A stretch of 64,000 nt of DNA from a virus (Duplodnaviria; Heunggongvirae; Uroviricota; Caudoviricetes). Below the pieces are notes generated by a model. The model had not been told where the DNA came from, searched no databases, and saw only the letters and a program-made list of their open reading frames with translations. Location: positions 1-64,000 of the IMG/VR virus record IMGVR_UViG_3300012996_000001. The stretch is one strand, 5' to 3'. Position numbers and translations under genes: made by a program. Shown in pieces: positions 27,614-37,259 of the stretch. The number at the start of each line of letters is the position of its first letter. The first letter of the stretch is position 1.

Positions 27614-28714
27614 ATGTCGTCATACAGTACCTTCAACCGTAACGAGTTCGATTTCATGACTCAACCTATGTTTTTGGGAGAGACCCCAAATGTATCTCGT
27701 TATGACAAACAAAAACATGCCAAATTCGAAAAGCTAATTGAAAAGCAGCTAGCATTTTTCTGGCGTCCGGAAGAGATTAACGTGACACGGGATCGCGGTG
27801 ATTACCTCAATCTGCCCGACCATGAAAAGCACATTTTCACAAGCAATCTGAAATATCAGATCCTTTTGGATTCTGTACAGGGTCGTGGACCAAATGCTGT
27901 TCTTTTGCCAATTGCCTCTGATACTTCTTTGGAGACTTGGATCGAGACATGGGCGTTTAGTGAGACGATCCACAGCCGTTCCTATACGCATATTATTAGA
28001 AACATCCTGGCAGACCCGAGTCTGGTATTTGACAACATCATGCAGACTCCCGAAATCGTGAGCCGTGCAGAGTCGGTGACCAAGCTATATGATGAGCTTT
28101 ACGAGTTAAACTGCCGCAAGGCTCTGAACTTACCTGTTGACCCTTACGAGCACAGCCGGGCGCTGTACCTGTGCCTGCATAACGTGAATGCTCTTGAGGC
28201 AATCCGCTTCTATGTCAGCTTCGCCTGCTCATTTGCTTTTGGTGAGCGCGGTGTGATGATGGGTAATACCGGGATTATTGAACTGATTGCCCGTGATGAA
28301 GCCTTGCATTTGTCAGGTACTCAGTATATGCTGAAAGAGATGCAGAATGGTAACGAAGGCGATCTGCTGGCCCGTGTGGCGGAGGATTGTTACGAAGAGG
28401 CCCGCCAAGGCTTCATCGATGTTCGTAACCAAGAAAAAGATTGGGCAGAATTCCTGTTCAAAGACGGCGCAATGCTCGGCCTGAATAAGAAAATGCTGGA
28501 CGAGTACATTGATTACATTACAGATCAGCGTATGCGTGCAGTAGGGATTGGTAATTTGCTCGAAAAGCCGGGTAAAAACCCGATCCCTTGGATCAATAGC
28601 CACCTGGCGACGGCGAATGTCCAAGTTACTCCTCAAGAGATTGACAATGGTCAGTATCTGACGGGACAGGTTGATTCGGCTATCTCTTCTGATGATTTTA
28701 GTATGGATCTGTAA
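27614..28714 (+). CDS. nrdB: ribonucleoside-diphosphate reductase beta subunit
   Basis: Collinear with E. coli NrdB (FEKLIEKQL.FFWRPEE, WAFSETIHSRSYTHIIRNI, NPIPWIN, C-terminal DDFS). GGGAG RBS. Confidence 0.9.
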   Translation: MSSYSTFNRNEFDFMTQPMFLGETPNVSRYDKQKHAKFEKLIEKQLAFFWRPEEINVTRDRGDYLNLPDHEKHIFTSNLKYQILLDSVQGRGPNAVLLPIASDTSLETWIETWAFSETIHSRSYTHIIRNILADPSLVFDNIMQTPEIVSRAESVTKLYDELYELNCRKALNLPVDPYEHSRALYLCLHNVNALEAIRFYVSFACSFAFGERGVMMGNTGIIELIARDEALHLSGTQYMLKEMQNGNEGDLLARVAEDCYEEARQGFIDVRNQEKDWAEFLFKDGAMLGLNKKMLDEYIDYITDQRMRAVGIGNLLEKPGKNPIPWINSHLATANVQVTPQEIDNGQYLTGQVDSAISSDDFSMDL

Positions 28715-28722
28715 GGAAGGTT

Positions 28723-28944
28723 ATGAGTTCTACAATCGTATGCCGGAAGGTTGGTAAAACCAAAGACAACCCTTTCATTGCTGGCGAGTCTTATCGCTAT
28801 AGTGAAAATTTGAATTTGGTATTTGATAGTGAAGATATACCTTGGGCTCTAGGAACTTTTGAAAATACAGGCCCGCTTGTGGCCTATTCAGACTACTACG
28901 ACCCAAAATCCAAAGTTGTTGCCATGTTTGAGAAAGGAGAGTAG
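28723..28944 (+). CDS. hypothetical protein (73 aa)
   Basis: ORF. Confidence 0.4.
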   Translation: MSSTIVCRKVGKTKDNPFIAGESYRYSENLNLVFDSEDIPWALGTFENTGPLVAYSDYYDPKSKVVAMFEKGE

Positions 28945-29232
28945 ATGTATTATACGGTTTATGGTAAGCAAGACTGCAACTACTGCAAGAAGGCTTTACA
29001 ACTACTCCAGAGTAAGATGTTAGAGTTCGGGTATTACGACATTCTCGCAGACCAACAGGTTTACAAGTTGATGCAGGATGCGGTGGAAAAAGCCACCGGA
29101 CGTTTTGCCGAAACTGTTCCACAGATCTTTGTTGACGGAGCATATGTGGGAGGATACACTGAACTTGCAGCCTCTTTTGAGGCGAAGAAAGAGGTCGTTA
29201 GTCCAGACGATTTCAATATTGGCGAACTGTAA
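28945..29232 (+). CDS. glutaredoxin (NrdH/Grx-like)
   Basis: CNYC active site (CxxC) and TVPQIFVDG..GGY. Confidence 0.65.
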   Translation: MYYTVYGKQDCNYCKKALQLLQSKMLEFGYYDILADQQVYKLMQDAVEKATGRFAETVPQIFVDGAYVGGYTELAASFEAKKEVVSPDDFNIGEL

Positions 29233-29241
29233 GGAGTAGTT

Positions 29242-29646
29242 ATGACCGAAGTTAAAAAGCAATCCGCTCAGGTTGCACGCACCACCGTACTGCATGGCAT
29301 CGTGTCGTATCTTTCCAACGCCGTCCTTGAGGACGCCTTAGACTCAGCGGAGCAATTGCTTGAGTTCTTAGAGGCTATCGAGGACAAAACTGCGGATGAC
29401 CTCCGTAAGGTAAAAGATCAGAAGAAATTTATCGAACGTCTTGGCGGTGAGGGTTATCGTTCCCGTTTGGAACTACTCTACACTGAGGCTTTAGATAAAA
29501 TGTCTGATGAGCACTTGGTACGGTATTACCAAGATCTTCTCTACGAGCAAGCCCTTCGTGAACTCGATTTTAATCTGGCGGTCCCTCTGCAAGAATTGAA
29601 TGAAGAACTCGTGGAGGGCGAAATCGCCAAACCCACACTACAGTAA
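29242..29646 (+). CDS. hypothetical acidic protein (134 aa)
   Basis: ORF. Confidence 0.4.
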   Translation: MTEVKKQSAQVARTTVLHGIVSYLSNAVLEDALDSAEQLLEFLEAIEDKTADDLRKVKDQKKFIERLGGEGYRSRLELLYTEALDKMSDEHLVRYYQDLLYEQALRELDFNLAVPLQELNEELVEGEIAKPTLQ

Positions 29647-29655
29647 GGAGCCGTA

Positions 29656-30213
29656 ATGGAATTGACGCTTGACAAGTTGAACAAAATATTCCCCAATGGA
29701 GCTAAATCGGGCAGGAACCTAAAGTTCTTACCCGGGATCAATGCGACAATGCGGGATTATGAAATCAACACGGTTAATCGTCTCGCAGGATTCCTCTCTC
29801 AGATTGGAGTGGAATCCGAAGAGTTTCTTTATGTTCGGGAACTCGGGAACGATGCTTACTTTAACAAGTATGACATCCGGTTTGCACCGCAAAAAGCCCG
29901 GGAACTCGGAAATACCCAACCTGGCGACGGCGCTAAGTACAAAGGTCGTGGTCTGATACAGGTTACAGGTCGTGCCAACTATCTCGCTTGCGGGAAAGCG
30001 CTGGACCTGGATCTTATCAACAAGCCCGAGCTTTTAGAACAGCCTGTTTATGCTGTGGAAAGTGCCGGGTGGTACTGGGGAATGCGAAAAATCAATGCCG
30101 CTGCTGATGCTGACGATATCGTTAAGATCACTAAGCTGGTAAATGGTGGCCGGATGCACCTTGATCGACGTACTGCCTATTACAATCTGGCAAAGAGCGT
30201 TCTCAAAAACTAA
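29656..30213 (+). CDS. glycoside hydrolase family 19 (chitinase-like) endolysin
   Basis: GH19 lysozyme pattern FLSQIGVESEEF ... YKGRGLIQVTGRANY ... AGWYW ... VNGG. Confidence 0.6.
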   Translation: MELTLDKLNKIFPNGAKSGRNLKFLPGINATMRDYEINTVNRLAGFLSQIGVESEEFLYVRELGNDAYFNKYDIRFAPQKARELGNTQPGDGAKYKGRGLIQVTGRANYLACGKALDLDLINKPELLEQPVYAVESAGWYWGMRKINAAADADDIVKITKLVNGGRMHLDRRTAYYNLAKSVLKN

Positions 30214-30223
30214 GGAGTACCCT

Positions 30224-30973
30224 ATGCGTCATAACAATCGTCAAGAGCGTCAAAGCCGCCGTGAGAAGAAAGTTAGTCGTGGGCGTGAGGTTAATCGCCA
30301 TGCGTTCGTAGAGGTAGAACTGGCACCATCAGTTCGTCCTCAGACTCACTTTCAAACCTTACTGCTGAATGCTATTAACCAGAAAGATGCCGTGTTCGTA
30401 AATGCCCCGGCAGGTACTGGTAAGACTTTCGTTGTGATGAGTACAGTGGTCGACTGGCTGAAGGAGGGTAAGATTGATAAAATCATTCTCTCTCGTCCAA
30501 CTGTCGGGATGGGTCAGAGTATCGGCTTACTTCCGGGAACCATCCGGGAGAAGTTTGAGCCTTACCTAGCGGCGCTGGTTCAGGTAATTGTTGAACGGTA
30601 CGGCGCGGGCTACTATGAGACGCAGTTGTCTAACAAAAACATTGAGTTTGTTCCTCTGGAATATGTCCGAGGGCGGTCATTTGAAAATGCTGTGGTAATT
30701 ATCGATGAGTTCCAAAACACCGATAAGGAAACTGCGTATACAATCATGACCCGATTGGGCGAAGGTTCTAAGATGTTCTGCTTAGGGGACATCACTCAGA
30801 ACGATCTCAAGGTTGCTTCTGGTCTTGACTGGGCCATTGATTTCATTGACCGCCACAATCTGCTGCACCTTGCTGATTATGTGGAAGGAACCAGTGACGC
30901 AATTGTCCGCAGCCCTTTCTGTAAGGCTGTTGTTAAGGCTCGTGAAAAAGACAAGGCACAAGGTAACGACTAA
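30224..30973 (+). CDS. phoH: PhoH-like ATPase
   Basis: Walker A NAPAGTGKTF and Walker B/DEFQN VVIIDEFQN. Confidence 0.65.
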   Translation: MRHNNRQERQSRREKKVSRGREVNRHAFVEVELAPSVRPQTHFQTLLLNAINQKDAVFVNAPAGTGKTFVVMSTVVDWLKEGKIDKIILSRPTVGMGQSIGLLPGTIREKFEPYLAALVQVIVERYGAGYYETQLSNKNIEFVPLEYVRGRSFENAVVIIDEFQNTDKETAYTIMTRLGEGSKMFCLGDITQNDLKVASGLDWAIDFIDRHNLLHLADYVEGTSDAIVRSPFCKAVVKAREKDKAQGND

Positions 30974-30974
30974 T

Positions 30975-31589
30975 ATGGCGGCATACTCAGGGATAGGTTC
31001 CCGAGAAACCCCAGATGAAGTCTTAGGCGTCATGGAGGACGCCGCTTTTCGTCTGGCAAGAATTGGTTTTACATTACGTTCTGGCAAGGCCGCCGGGGCT
31101 GATGCGGCATTTCAACGAGGCGCTGAGAAATATCATGCGCTATTCCCAAGTACACCTTCGCCGTGGATTGCGGAGATATACATACCTTGGCGCGGATTCA
31201 AGGGCGGGGAGGGTCTGTCAGACATTTATGACATCCTGCCAGACGTTCTTGATAAGCAGTACCCGGGATATGACGATATGCGTTGGGAATGGGTCAAGGA
31301 AGTACACGGGGGCTGGGAGAAGCTTTCTCAGGGTGCCCGAAAGCTTCATGAAAGGAACATTCACCAATTGTTTGGACCTAACTTAGGAAATGCCTATGTC
31401 AACCAGAGCAAATTTGTGCTGTACTACGCGCCAGAAACGCGGACAGGCAATCCTAAGGGAGGTACGGCGACGGCGGTGAATCTGGCAAAGAAACAGGGGA
31501 TACGGACTCTCAATCTGTTGAAAGAAGATAATTGGGTTGTATTGGAAAACTTTCTAGTGAGTCTGGAGAAAAAACGTGGCATTAGATAA
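30975..31589 (+). CDS. SLOG/DprA-like Rossmann-fold nucleotide-binding protein
   Basis: LRSGKAAGADAAFQRGA resembles the DprA/SLOG motif (SGxAxGxDxxAHxGA). Confidence 0.35.
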   Translation: MAAYSGIGSRETPDEVLGVMEDAAFRLARIGFTLRSGKAAGADAAFQRGAEKYHALFPSTPSPWIAEIYIPWRGFKGGEGLSDIYDILPDVLDKQYPGYDDMRWEWVKEVHGGWEKLSQGARKLHERNIHQLFGPNLGNAYVNQSKFVLYYAPETRTGNPKGGTATAVNLAKKQGIRTLNLLKEDNWVVLENFLVSLEKKRGIR

Positions 31590-31890
31590 AGACAGCCTGA
31601 ACAGCGTGTATTCGCTGGTTCGTGACGGTAAGAATGGGGAGTGGGTTCTCGGGGAATGGGTAAACCAATCTCTTTGGTCAACTGACGGAACTAATCGTCG
31701 GCTATGTAAGTTCAAGGATCTGGTCATGTGGAAATACTTGACCGAGGTTCGTGAGTACACCTCCGAAGTTACGCTTGTACGCGGTCAGCGTGTGGCGGTG
31801 GAGGTTAAGAAAGGTGTCACCATTTGGCATTTCGTCCTTGCCAACATTAGTGCGGCGGATGGGAAGTTTAGTTACGTAGTCGGTGTGTAA
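31576..31890 (+). CDS. hypothetical protein (104 aa)
   Basis: GTG start overlapping the upstream stop. Confidence 0.35.
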   Translation: MALDKDSLNSVYSLVRDGKNGEWVLGEWVNQSLWSTDGTNRRLCKFKDLVMWKYLTEVREYTSEVTLVRGQRVAVEVKKGVTIWHFVLANISAADGKFSYVVGV

Positions 31891-31899
31891 GGGGTTTTC

Positions 31900-32373
31900 A
31901 TGGATTCAGGTATTTTTGCAACAGTAGAGCACCGCAAGCTGATGGAACTCAAGAACTGTGGGGCCGTGTGCCCTACGGAACTGGAAGACAAAGCACAACT
32001 GACCTTTATCGATGTGAAGGATAAAATCAAAGAGGTCCGTAAAGAGTCTAATAACAAAAAGCATTTTCTAATCCGGCTTGTGCAGCCAACAATGCCTGTT
32101 GAGAGGGAAGTCGACCTAATGTTCGAAACCCGACAGGAATTGATTGATCACTTGGTAATGGTAGACGTTCCTACGGAACTTTGCCCTATCAATCAAGAAC
32201 AAAAAGAACATCTGATCTTTCTTGACAGAGCAGCACGGTATGCGGCAGAGGGTCAGAAAATCTTAGACATGTTTAAGCGCCATCATGATGTTATCGTGGA
32301 CAGCGACAGGTCTTTGATTGTTGAGTGGTTGCTGCAAAATAGTCAGAAAATCCGTTTGTCTTTGGCAGCTTAA
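31900..32373 (+). CDS. hypothetical protein (157 aa)
   Basis: ORF. Confidence 0.45.
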   Translation: MDSGIFATVEHRKLMELKNCGAVCPTELEDKAQLTFIDVKDKIKEVRKESNNKKHFLIRLVQPTMPVEREVDLMFETRQELIDHLVMVDVPTELCPINQEQKEHLIFLDRAARYAAEGQKILDMFKRHHDVIVDSDRSLIVEWLLQNSQKIRLSLAA

Positions 32374-32382
32374 GGGGGTTTT

Positions 32383-33249
32383 ATGGAAGAAGATGATGTA
32401 ATGCTTGATCCGGTGTACAAAGGTAATGTTTGGTGTACACCTCAGGAGAGGAAAGACTGGAGAGTATACCTGACTGATCTTGTTAGTGACCCGCGAAATC
32501 ACATAGAAGGTTTGGATATCATCCGCCAGGCGGGTGAAGATGACGTCGTCGAGATCCTGATAACTTCCCCAGGCGGTAATATCGACCTGGCGGACATGTA
32601 CGTGGCGGCTATGGCAGACAGTAGAGCGAAGATCATTACCCGGGCGATTGGCCTGTGTGCTAGTGCCGCTACTACTATCTTTTTATCGGGCGATGAAAGG
32701 GTGTGCGATCCCGGCTGCTATTTCATGTTCCACAATGTGCAATTCACCAACTCAGGCGGCGATGCGGCCAACGTCTTTGGCAGCGCGAAGTTTTACGAGC
32801 GTCTTTTCAAAGAGAAGTATTACGGGCTTATGTCAGAAGTCCTTACCGAGGATGAGCTTTCTGAGTTATTCGACAGGGCAGGGGAGATTTATCTGACAGG
32901 TCGAGAAATGGAAGAACGATTTACTGCTGTTGACACAGCAAGTCAAACTCCGTCCTATACGGACATTGTTCTGGGAAATGTCGAAAGCCCGGTAACTCTG
33001 CCTTTCAAGCAGATAGAAGTTCCTTTGGCTACGCAGTTTGAATCGAGAGACGACTTCGATATTACGTTAGAGTGTGGGTACAGTAAAACTCTACGTCTAG
33101 GGTCTATACATCCGAAGGATTTTGATGAGTTTAACATGGAAGAGATCCTAGAGATTGGAGACTGCTTTGGTATCGACCTCGACGGATTGACTAGGTCGCA
33201 GGCACTTGAAGATCTGGTCAGCGCAATCCTGAATGGAGGTGGTCGTTAA
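32383..33249 (+). CDS. ClpP-family (S14-like) serine protease homologue
   Basis: ITSPGGNIDLADMYV...GLCASAATTIF...MFHNV matches the ClpP pattern (NSPGG...G.AASMG...MIHQP). Candidate Ser and His catalytic residues are present. Confidence 0.5.
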   Translation: MEEDDVMLDPVYKGNVWCTPQERKDWRVYLTDLVSDPRNHIEGLDIIRQAGEDDVVEILITSPGGNIDLADMYVAAMADSRAKIITRAIGLCASAATTIFLSGDERVCDPGCYFMFHNVQFTNSGGDAANVFGSAKFYERLFKEKYYGLMSEVLTEDELSELFDRAGEIYLTGREMEERFTAVDTASQTPSYTDIVLGNVESPVTLPFKQIEVPLATQFESRDDFDITLECGYSKTLRLGSIHPKDFDEFNMEEILEIGDCFGIDLDGLTRSQALEDLVSAILNGGGR

Positions 33250-33759
33250 GTGGTAGGACTGAAATCTAAGGCAGAAAGAGCACCCTACGACCTGTACGAA
33301 ACACCAGCTTGGGCGGTGAAAGCTTTTCTTGAGCTATCTCCTATCCGACAGGACTGGAAATATTTAGAACCTTGCCGGGCATCTGGCAGGTTTTACAACG
33401 AGATGCCTCTCGGATCGGCCTGGGGAGAGATTAGAGAAGGCGTTGATTACCTGAGCACCAAATATGGCCGGGTAGATTGTATCCTGACTAATCCACCATT
33501 TTCTTTGGCTAAAGAGTTTGTGGAAAAGGCCCACTTAGATGCTGACGTGGTGATCATGTTGCTCCGTTTGGGTTTCTTAGAGAGTATGCGGAGATATGAC
33601 TTTTGGGAGAAATATCCTCTTGATCATTTGGTCACTCTTTCCAAGAGACCCTCGTTTACTGAGGATGGTAAAACAGACGGTGCAGGGTACGCTTATTTTG
33701 TATGGGATAAGCAAGGTAAGCTTGGTTTGAAAAAACCGTTCTACTGGCTGAGTCCGTAA
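33250..33759 (+). CDS. small DNA N6-adenine/N4-cytosine methyltransferase
   Basis: GTG start. Motif I-like EPCRASG and motif IV TNPPF. Confidence 0.45.
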   Translation: MVGLKSKAERAPYDLYETPAWAVKAFLELSPIRQDWKYLEPCRASGRFYNEMPLGSAWGEIREGVDYLSTKYGRVDCILTNPPFSLAKEFVEKAHLDADVVIMLLRLGFLESMRRYDFWEKYPLDHLVTLSKRPSFTEDGKTDGAGYAYFVWDKQGKLGLKKPFYWLSP

Positions 33760-33765
33760 TTTAAA

Positions 33766-33791
33766 AGGTCACCTTCGGGTGGCCTTTTTTG
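33766..33791 (+). terminator. rho-independent terminator
   Basis: AGGTCACC-TTCG-GGTGGCCT followed by T6. A TTGACA-N16-TATACT promoter follows directly at 33792-33819. Confidence 0.6.
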
Positions 33792-33840
33792 TTGACAGGG
33801 CTAACTGGCCGTGTATACTTCTCTCAACAAAGGAGATTAC

Positions 33841-34176
33841 ATGCTGATTTACATATACCACCTACCTGTTTTCGAAAAGCGGAGCAAGAAACTCTCTGGC
33901 TGGGAGATGTTGGTATCTGTCAAAGCCAACGATCCGATTTGCCAGGGAATGGATGTTTTAAGTTTCGAAGGTAACGAGAGCCATCTGGTAAGGTTAAGGC
34001 AGATGTTTCGGCAGCAATATGAATACTACCGAGACAGTGCAGAATTTGTTGAAAAAAGCCCTGTGCAGATAATGAGGTATGTGTTAGGATTGCCGGAAAT
34101 AAAACCACCAAAAGACGATGCGTGGGAAGTCAGCATAGCTGAATGGACAGTAAACTACAGAGCGGAGAAAATATGA
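33841..34176 (+). CDS. hypothetical protein (111 aa)
   Basis: AAGGAG RBS. Confidence 0.45.
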   Translation: MLIYIYHLPVFEKRSKKLSGWEMLVSVKANDPICQGMDVLSFEGNESHLVRLRQMFRQQYEYYRDSAEFVEKSPVQIMRYVLGLPEIKPPKDDAWEVSIAEWTVNYRAEKI

Positions 34177-34319
34177 CAAAAGAATATATGGAGGGGCACC
34201 ACTGGGGCTTTAAACACGGTATGTTTGAAAACAAAAATCCCTACCGTCCAGGATCTCTCCAGTTTGAACACTGGGAGTTAGGCTTTAAAAAAGGTTATCA
34301 ATCTAAGGGGTGGTTATGA
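34173..34319 (+). CDS. RMF (ribosome modulation factor)-like mini-protein, 48 aa
   Basis: Not in the track because it is under 60 aa. MTKEYMEGHHWGFKHGMFENKNPYRPGSLQFEHWELGFKKGYQSKGWL parallels E. coli Rmf (..RGYQAGIAGRSKEMCPYQ...QRSQWLGGWREA), with the pattern G[FY].xG......PY......W..G[FW]..G. ATGA overlap on both sides. Confidence 0.35.
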   Translation: MTKEYMEGHHWGFKHGMFENKNPYRPGSLQFEHWELGFKKGYQSKGWL

Positions 34320-34537
34320 GCGGAGGTATAGAAAAAACGTACCTGTTCGAAGGTGGCACAGTACCAGGTAAATTTTTTGATGATGTCTATAAACCGCCTT
34401 GTGGTGAGAAACATCTCCGGGTTTTTGAGTCCGGTGTAACCAACTGGGGTGATGATACCGAGGTGGTTGTGTCGGGAGATTGCGAAGAGACCTTTGACGA
34501 ATATATGTCAAACTGGGCAGGGAATATTAAAAAATGA
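34316..34537 (+). CDS. hypothetical protein (74 aa)
   Basis: AAGGGG RBS. Confidence 0.4.
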   Translation: MSGGIEKTYLFEGGTVPGKFFDDVYKPPCGEKHLRVFESGVTNWGDDTEVVVSGDCEETFDEYMSNWAGNIKK

Positions 34538-35778
34538 AAGTTTACTTAGTCGGTGGTGCAGTACGTGACGAGATCATGGGTGTAAAAAGTAAAGATCGAG
34601 ACTACGTTGTTGTAGGGTCAACCCATGAAGAGATGATTTACTTAGGTTACACCCAAGTTGGTGCAGCGTTTCCTGTTTATCTTCATCCTGAGACCAAAGA
34701 GGAGTATGCCCTCGCCCGAACTGAGAAATCAACCGGACCAGGATACCACGACTTTGAGGTAGTCTTTGGACCTGAGGTGACTATCGAAGAAGACCTTTAT
34801 CGCCGTGATCTCACGATCAATGCCATCGCCAAAGATTTAGATACCGGAGAGTACATCGATCCTTTCTTCGGTGAGGCGGATATCCAAAATCGCAGCCTAC
34901 GCCCTGTGTCGGAAGATTCTTTCAAAGAGGATCCTCTCCGCATTTATCGCTTGGCTCGGTTTGCGGCCCGATATTCGGATTTCTCTATTACAGATGAGGC
35001 TTACCTGTTGTGCCGAAAGGCAAGCGCGGGATTACCCCATCTGCCCAAAGAGCGGAAATTTGCAGAGATCAATAAATGTTTCTCAGACACGAGTGTTGCC
35101 AACAAGCCCTCTAAGATGATCGAGCTTTTGGTAAATCTTGGTGAATTCCCTGAACTCCGGGCTTTGGTGGGTATTCCTCAGCCGGAAAAATATCACGCGG
35201 AAGGCGACCCGTTTACTCATACACTGATGGTATTGGATGCTGCAAACGACAAAGGATGCCACCCTGAAACGCAGTGGGCGTGCCTGTGTCATGATTTAGG
35301 TAAGGTTTGCTACGACACGTTTGGTAATCTGCACGGACATGAGTCCTATGGCGTTCCTATCGCAGAGCAAATGTGTGATCGATACGGAGTACCTAAGTAT
35401 TGGAAACGTCTTGCCTTGGTTGTGACTGAGAACCACGGTCGTATGCACAAAGTCTTGGAGATGACTCCTAAAAAGGTGTACAGTCTGATGCAACGGATCT
35501 CTGCTGAAAAAGATAGTGATTTCGCTCATAAGGTTATGGATGTGTCTGTTGCGGACAGTCAGGGGAGAATCCCAAGTGTGCAAAACTACCCGCAGGCATT
35601 TGTTATGACCCAGTGCATGTCAGAACTGAAAAAGAATATCGATGAGATTTCGGATGAGTGTTCGAAGATTGCTAAAAAATATGCTGGACGACCCGAACTA
35701 ATTCGTGATAATGTTACTGCGTTGAAGGTAAGGTATGTTGCCAAGGCGCTTAAAGAAGCGAAAAACCTAATAAACTAA
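34534..35778 (+). CDS. cca: CCA-adding tRNA nucleotidyltransferase with HD domain
   Basis: Very close to E. coli Cca: MKVYLVGGAVRDEIMGVKSKDRDYVVVGST...FPVYLHPETKEEYALARTE...RRDLTINA...EDPLRIYRLARFAARY, plus HD motif CHDLGK. Confidence 0.85.
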   Translation: MKVYLVGGAVRDEIMGVKSKDRDYVVVGSTHEEMIYLGYTQVGAAFPVYLHPETKEEYALARTEKSTGPGYHDFEVVFGPEVTIEEDLYRRDLTINAIAKDLDTGEYIDPFFGEADIQNRSLRPVSEDSFKEDPLRIYRLARFAARYSDFSITDEAYLLCRKASAGLPHLPKERKFAEINKCFSDTSVANKPSKMIELLVNLGEFPELRALVGIPQPEKYHAEGDPFTHTLMVLDAANDKGCHPETQWACLCHDLGKVCYDTFGNLHGHESYGVPIAEQMCDRYGVPKYWKRLALVVTENHGRMHKVLEMTPKKVYSLMQRISAEKDSDFAHKVMDVSVADSQGRIPSVQNYPQAFVMTQCMSELKKNIDEISDECSKIAKKYAGRPELIRDNVTALKVRYVAKALKEAKNLIN

Positions 35779-35787
35779 GGAGACGAC

Positions 35788-36114
35788 ATGACAATTTATT
35801 TGGTAGGGGCGATTGTAAGCTGCATTGTCTGGTTTTTGCTGACAAAGGCACGTATCCGTGGATTTTATATCCCCGGTCCTAATATCCTTGATTTAGAGGG
35901 GCCGATCCTACCACCCCTCGGAGTAAAAGATCGATTTGAATTACGTGCGGTGATGGTGGTTTGGCTACTTTTTACTTTCGCTTGGCCTTTATGCTGGGCT
36001 TGGCTAATTTTCTTCACAACGGTAGTTTGGTTGGCGTATGCAATTGTGAAACTTTGGTCAGTTACGTTGGGAAATGAAAAGCTTTTGCGTAAAATCTTTG
36101 GGGTGGAAAAATGA
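35788..36114 (+). CDS. membrane protein (108 aa, 3 TM)
   Basis: Hydrophobic ORF. Confidence 0.4.
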   Translation: MTIYLVGAIVSCIVWFLLTKARIRGFYIPGPNILDLEGPILPPLGVKDRFELRAVMVVWLLFTFAWPLCWAWLIFFTTVVWLAYAIVKLWSVTLGNEKLLRKIFGVEK

Positions 36115-36578
36115 AAAGCCGTATGTATTTCTTGGTCAATCAGTATATTCTAGGTATCCAAGCCGGGATTCAGGCAGGTCATGCGGCTGTTGAACTTTTA
36201 AACGACTACCGGGACGCTGATCCGGGCTTGTGCCCAAAGAAGAGGCTGATCGATGACTGGGCAGATAACCACAAGACCTTTATCCTCTTGGAGGGTGGTT
36301 ATCAGCAAAGAATGTACGATTTTGTGGAAGATGTTTTGTTACCTGTTAACGAAATAATTCCCTACGCCACGTTCAAAGAGGAAGTTGATGCTTTGAACGG
36401 TGCATTAACGGCTGTAGCCTTTGTACTACCTGAGTACATCTATAACTGTACGGTGTTTGATGACGGGACGGCACCTTTGCACTACTGGCATCCGGAGACA
36501 GATCATCTTGCTGAGTTCACACAGGAAGAAAGAACGTTAATCAGTGAACTTAAAAAGTTCCGTTTAAAAGGGGGTTGA
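36111..36578 (+). CDS. hypothetical protein, weak PTH2-like (peptidyl-tRNA hydrolase 2) resemblance
   Basis: N-terminus FLVNQYILGIQAGIQAGHAAVELL loosely parallels Pth2 [25 protein letters not shown]. Unverified. Confidence 0.3.
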   Translation: MKSRMYFLVNQYILGIQAGIQAGHAAVELLNDYRDADPGLCPKKRLIDDWADNHKTFILLEGGYQQRMYDFVEDVLLPVNEIIPYATFKEEVDALNGALTAVAFVLPEYIYNCTVFDDGTAPLHYWHPETDHLAEFTQEERTLISELKKFRLKGG

Positions 36579-36579
36579 T

Positions 36580-36876
36580 ATGTTAGAGTATTTTGAACAC
36601 GCGGCGACAGCAAGTATATTTCTGAGGGATCTCGTGGCCCACTGGTATGTTTGGTGGCCCGTTGGGATAGTGATCTTCGTTATCATGGTGAGGTGTTGTC
36701 GAGATGAGTTCTGCGATGCTTTTTCAGGGACCGTAGCCGGGGCGGTGATGGGTTCAGTTCTTGGATTTATTTGGCCCGGTATCGTTGTTACTGCACCCTT
36801 TTGGTTGCCTATCCTGTTGGTAATGGTGATCGCAGTAGTTGCGGCATGTATCGTTAATAAAGTATGGAGTCGTTAA
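36580..36876 (+). CDS. membrane protein (98 aa)
   Basis: Hydrophobic ORF. Confidence 0.4.
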   Translation: MLEYFEHAATASIFLRDLVAHWYVWWPVGIVIFVIMVRCCRDEFCDAFSGTVAGAVMGSVLGFIWPGIVVTAPFWLPILLVMVIAVVAACIVNKVWSR

Positions 36877-37259
36877 TGAAAGTAAAAGACTTGATCGCTG
36901 AATTAGAGCAATGTAACCCTGAGGATAATGTGGTTATCCCGGTGGAACTCGGATACCCGACACTGGGTGGACATCCGATTGTTAATGTTACCCGGATTCA
37001 GCGAGGTTTTGACTGGGATAGCCGTAAAGTATTTTTGTATCCTGACGAAGGAAATAGTTTGACACCTATGTCGAAGGATCAGTATACTTCCCTCATCCAA
37101 TACAAACAGCTTGTAATGGGTATGCGTGGGAAGGAAGAACTGGCGGGTCTGTCGGACATCTTTGTCCGGAAAGAGTTTGTTATTAATCTGCTTAAGACAC
37201 TTAGCGAAGTACCTTTCGACACTGAAATCATGACTGCAATCAAAGAGGAACAACTGTAA
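36876..37259 (+). CDS. hypothetical protein
   Basis: GGAG RBS. Confidence 0.4.
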   Translation: MKVKDLIAELEQCNPEDNVVIPVELGYPTLGGHPIVNVTRIQRGFDWDSRKVFLYPDEGNSLTPMSKDQYTSLIQYKQLVMGMRGKEELAGLSDIFVRKEFVINLLKTLSEVPFDTEIMTAIKEEQL

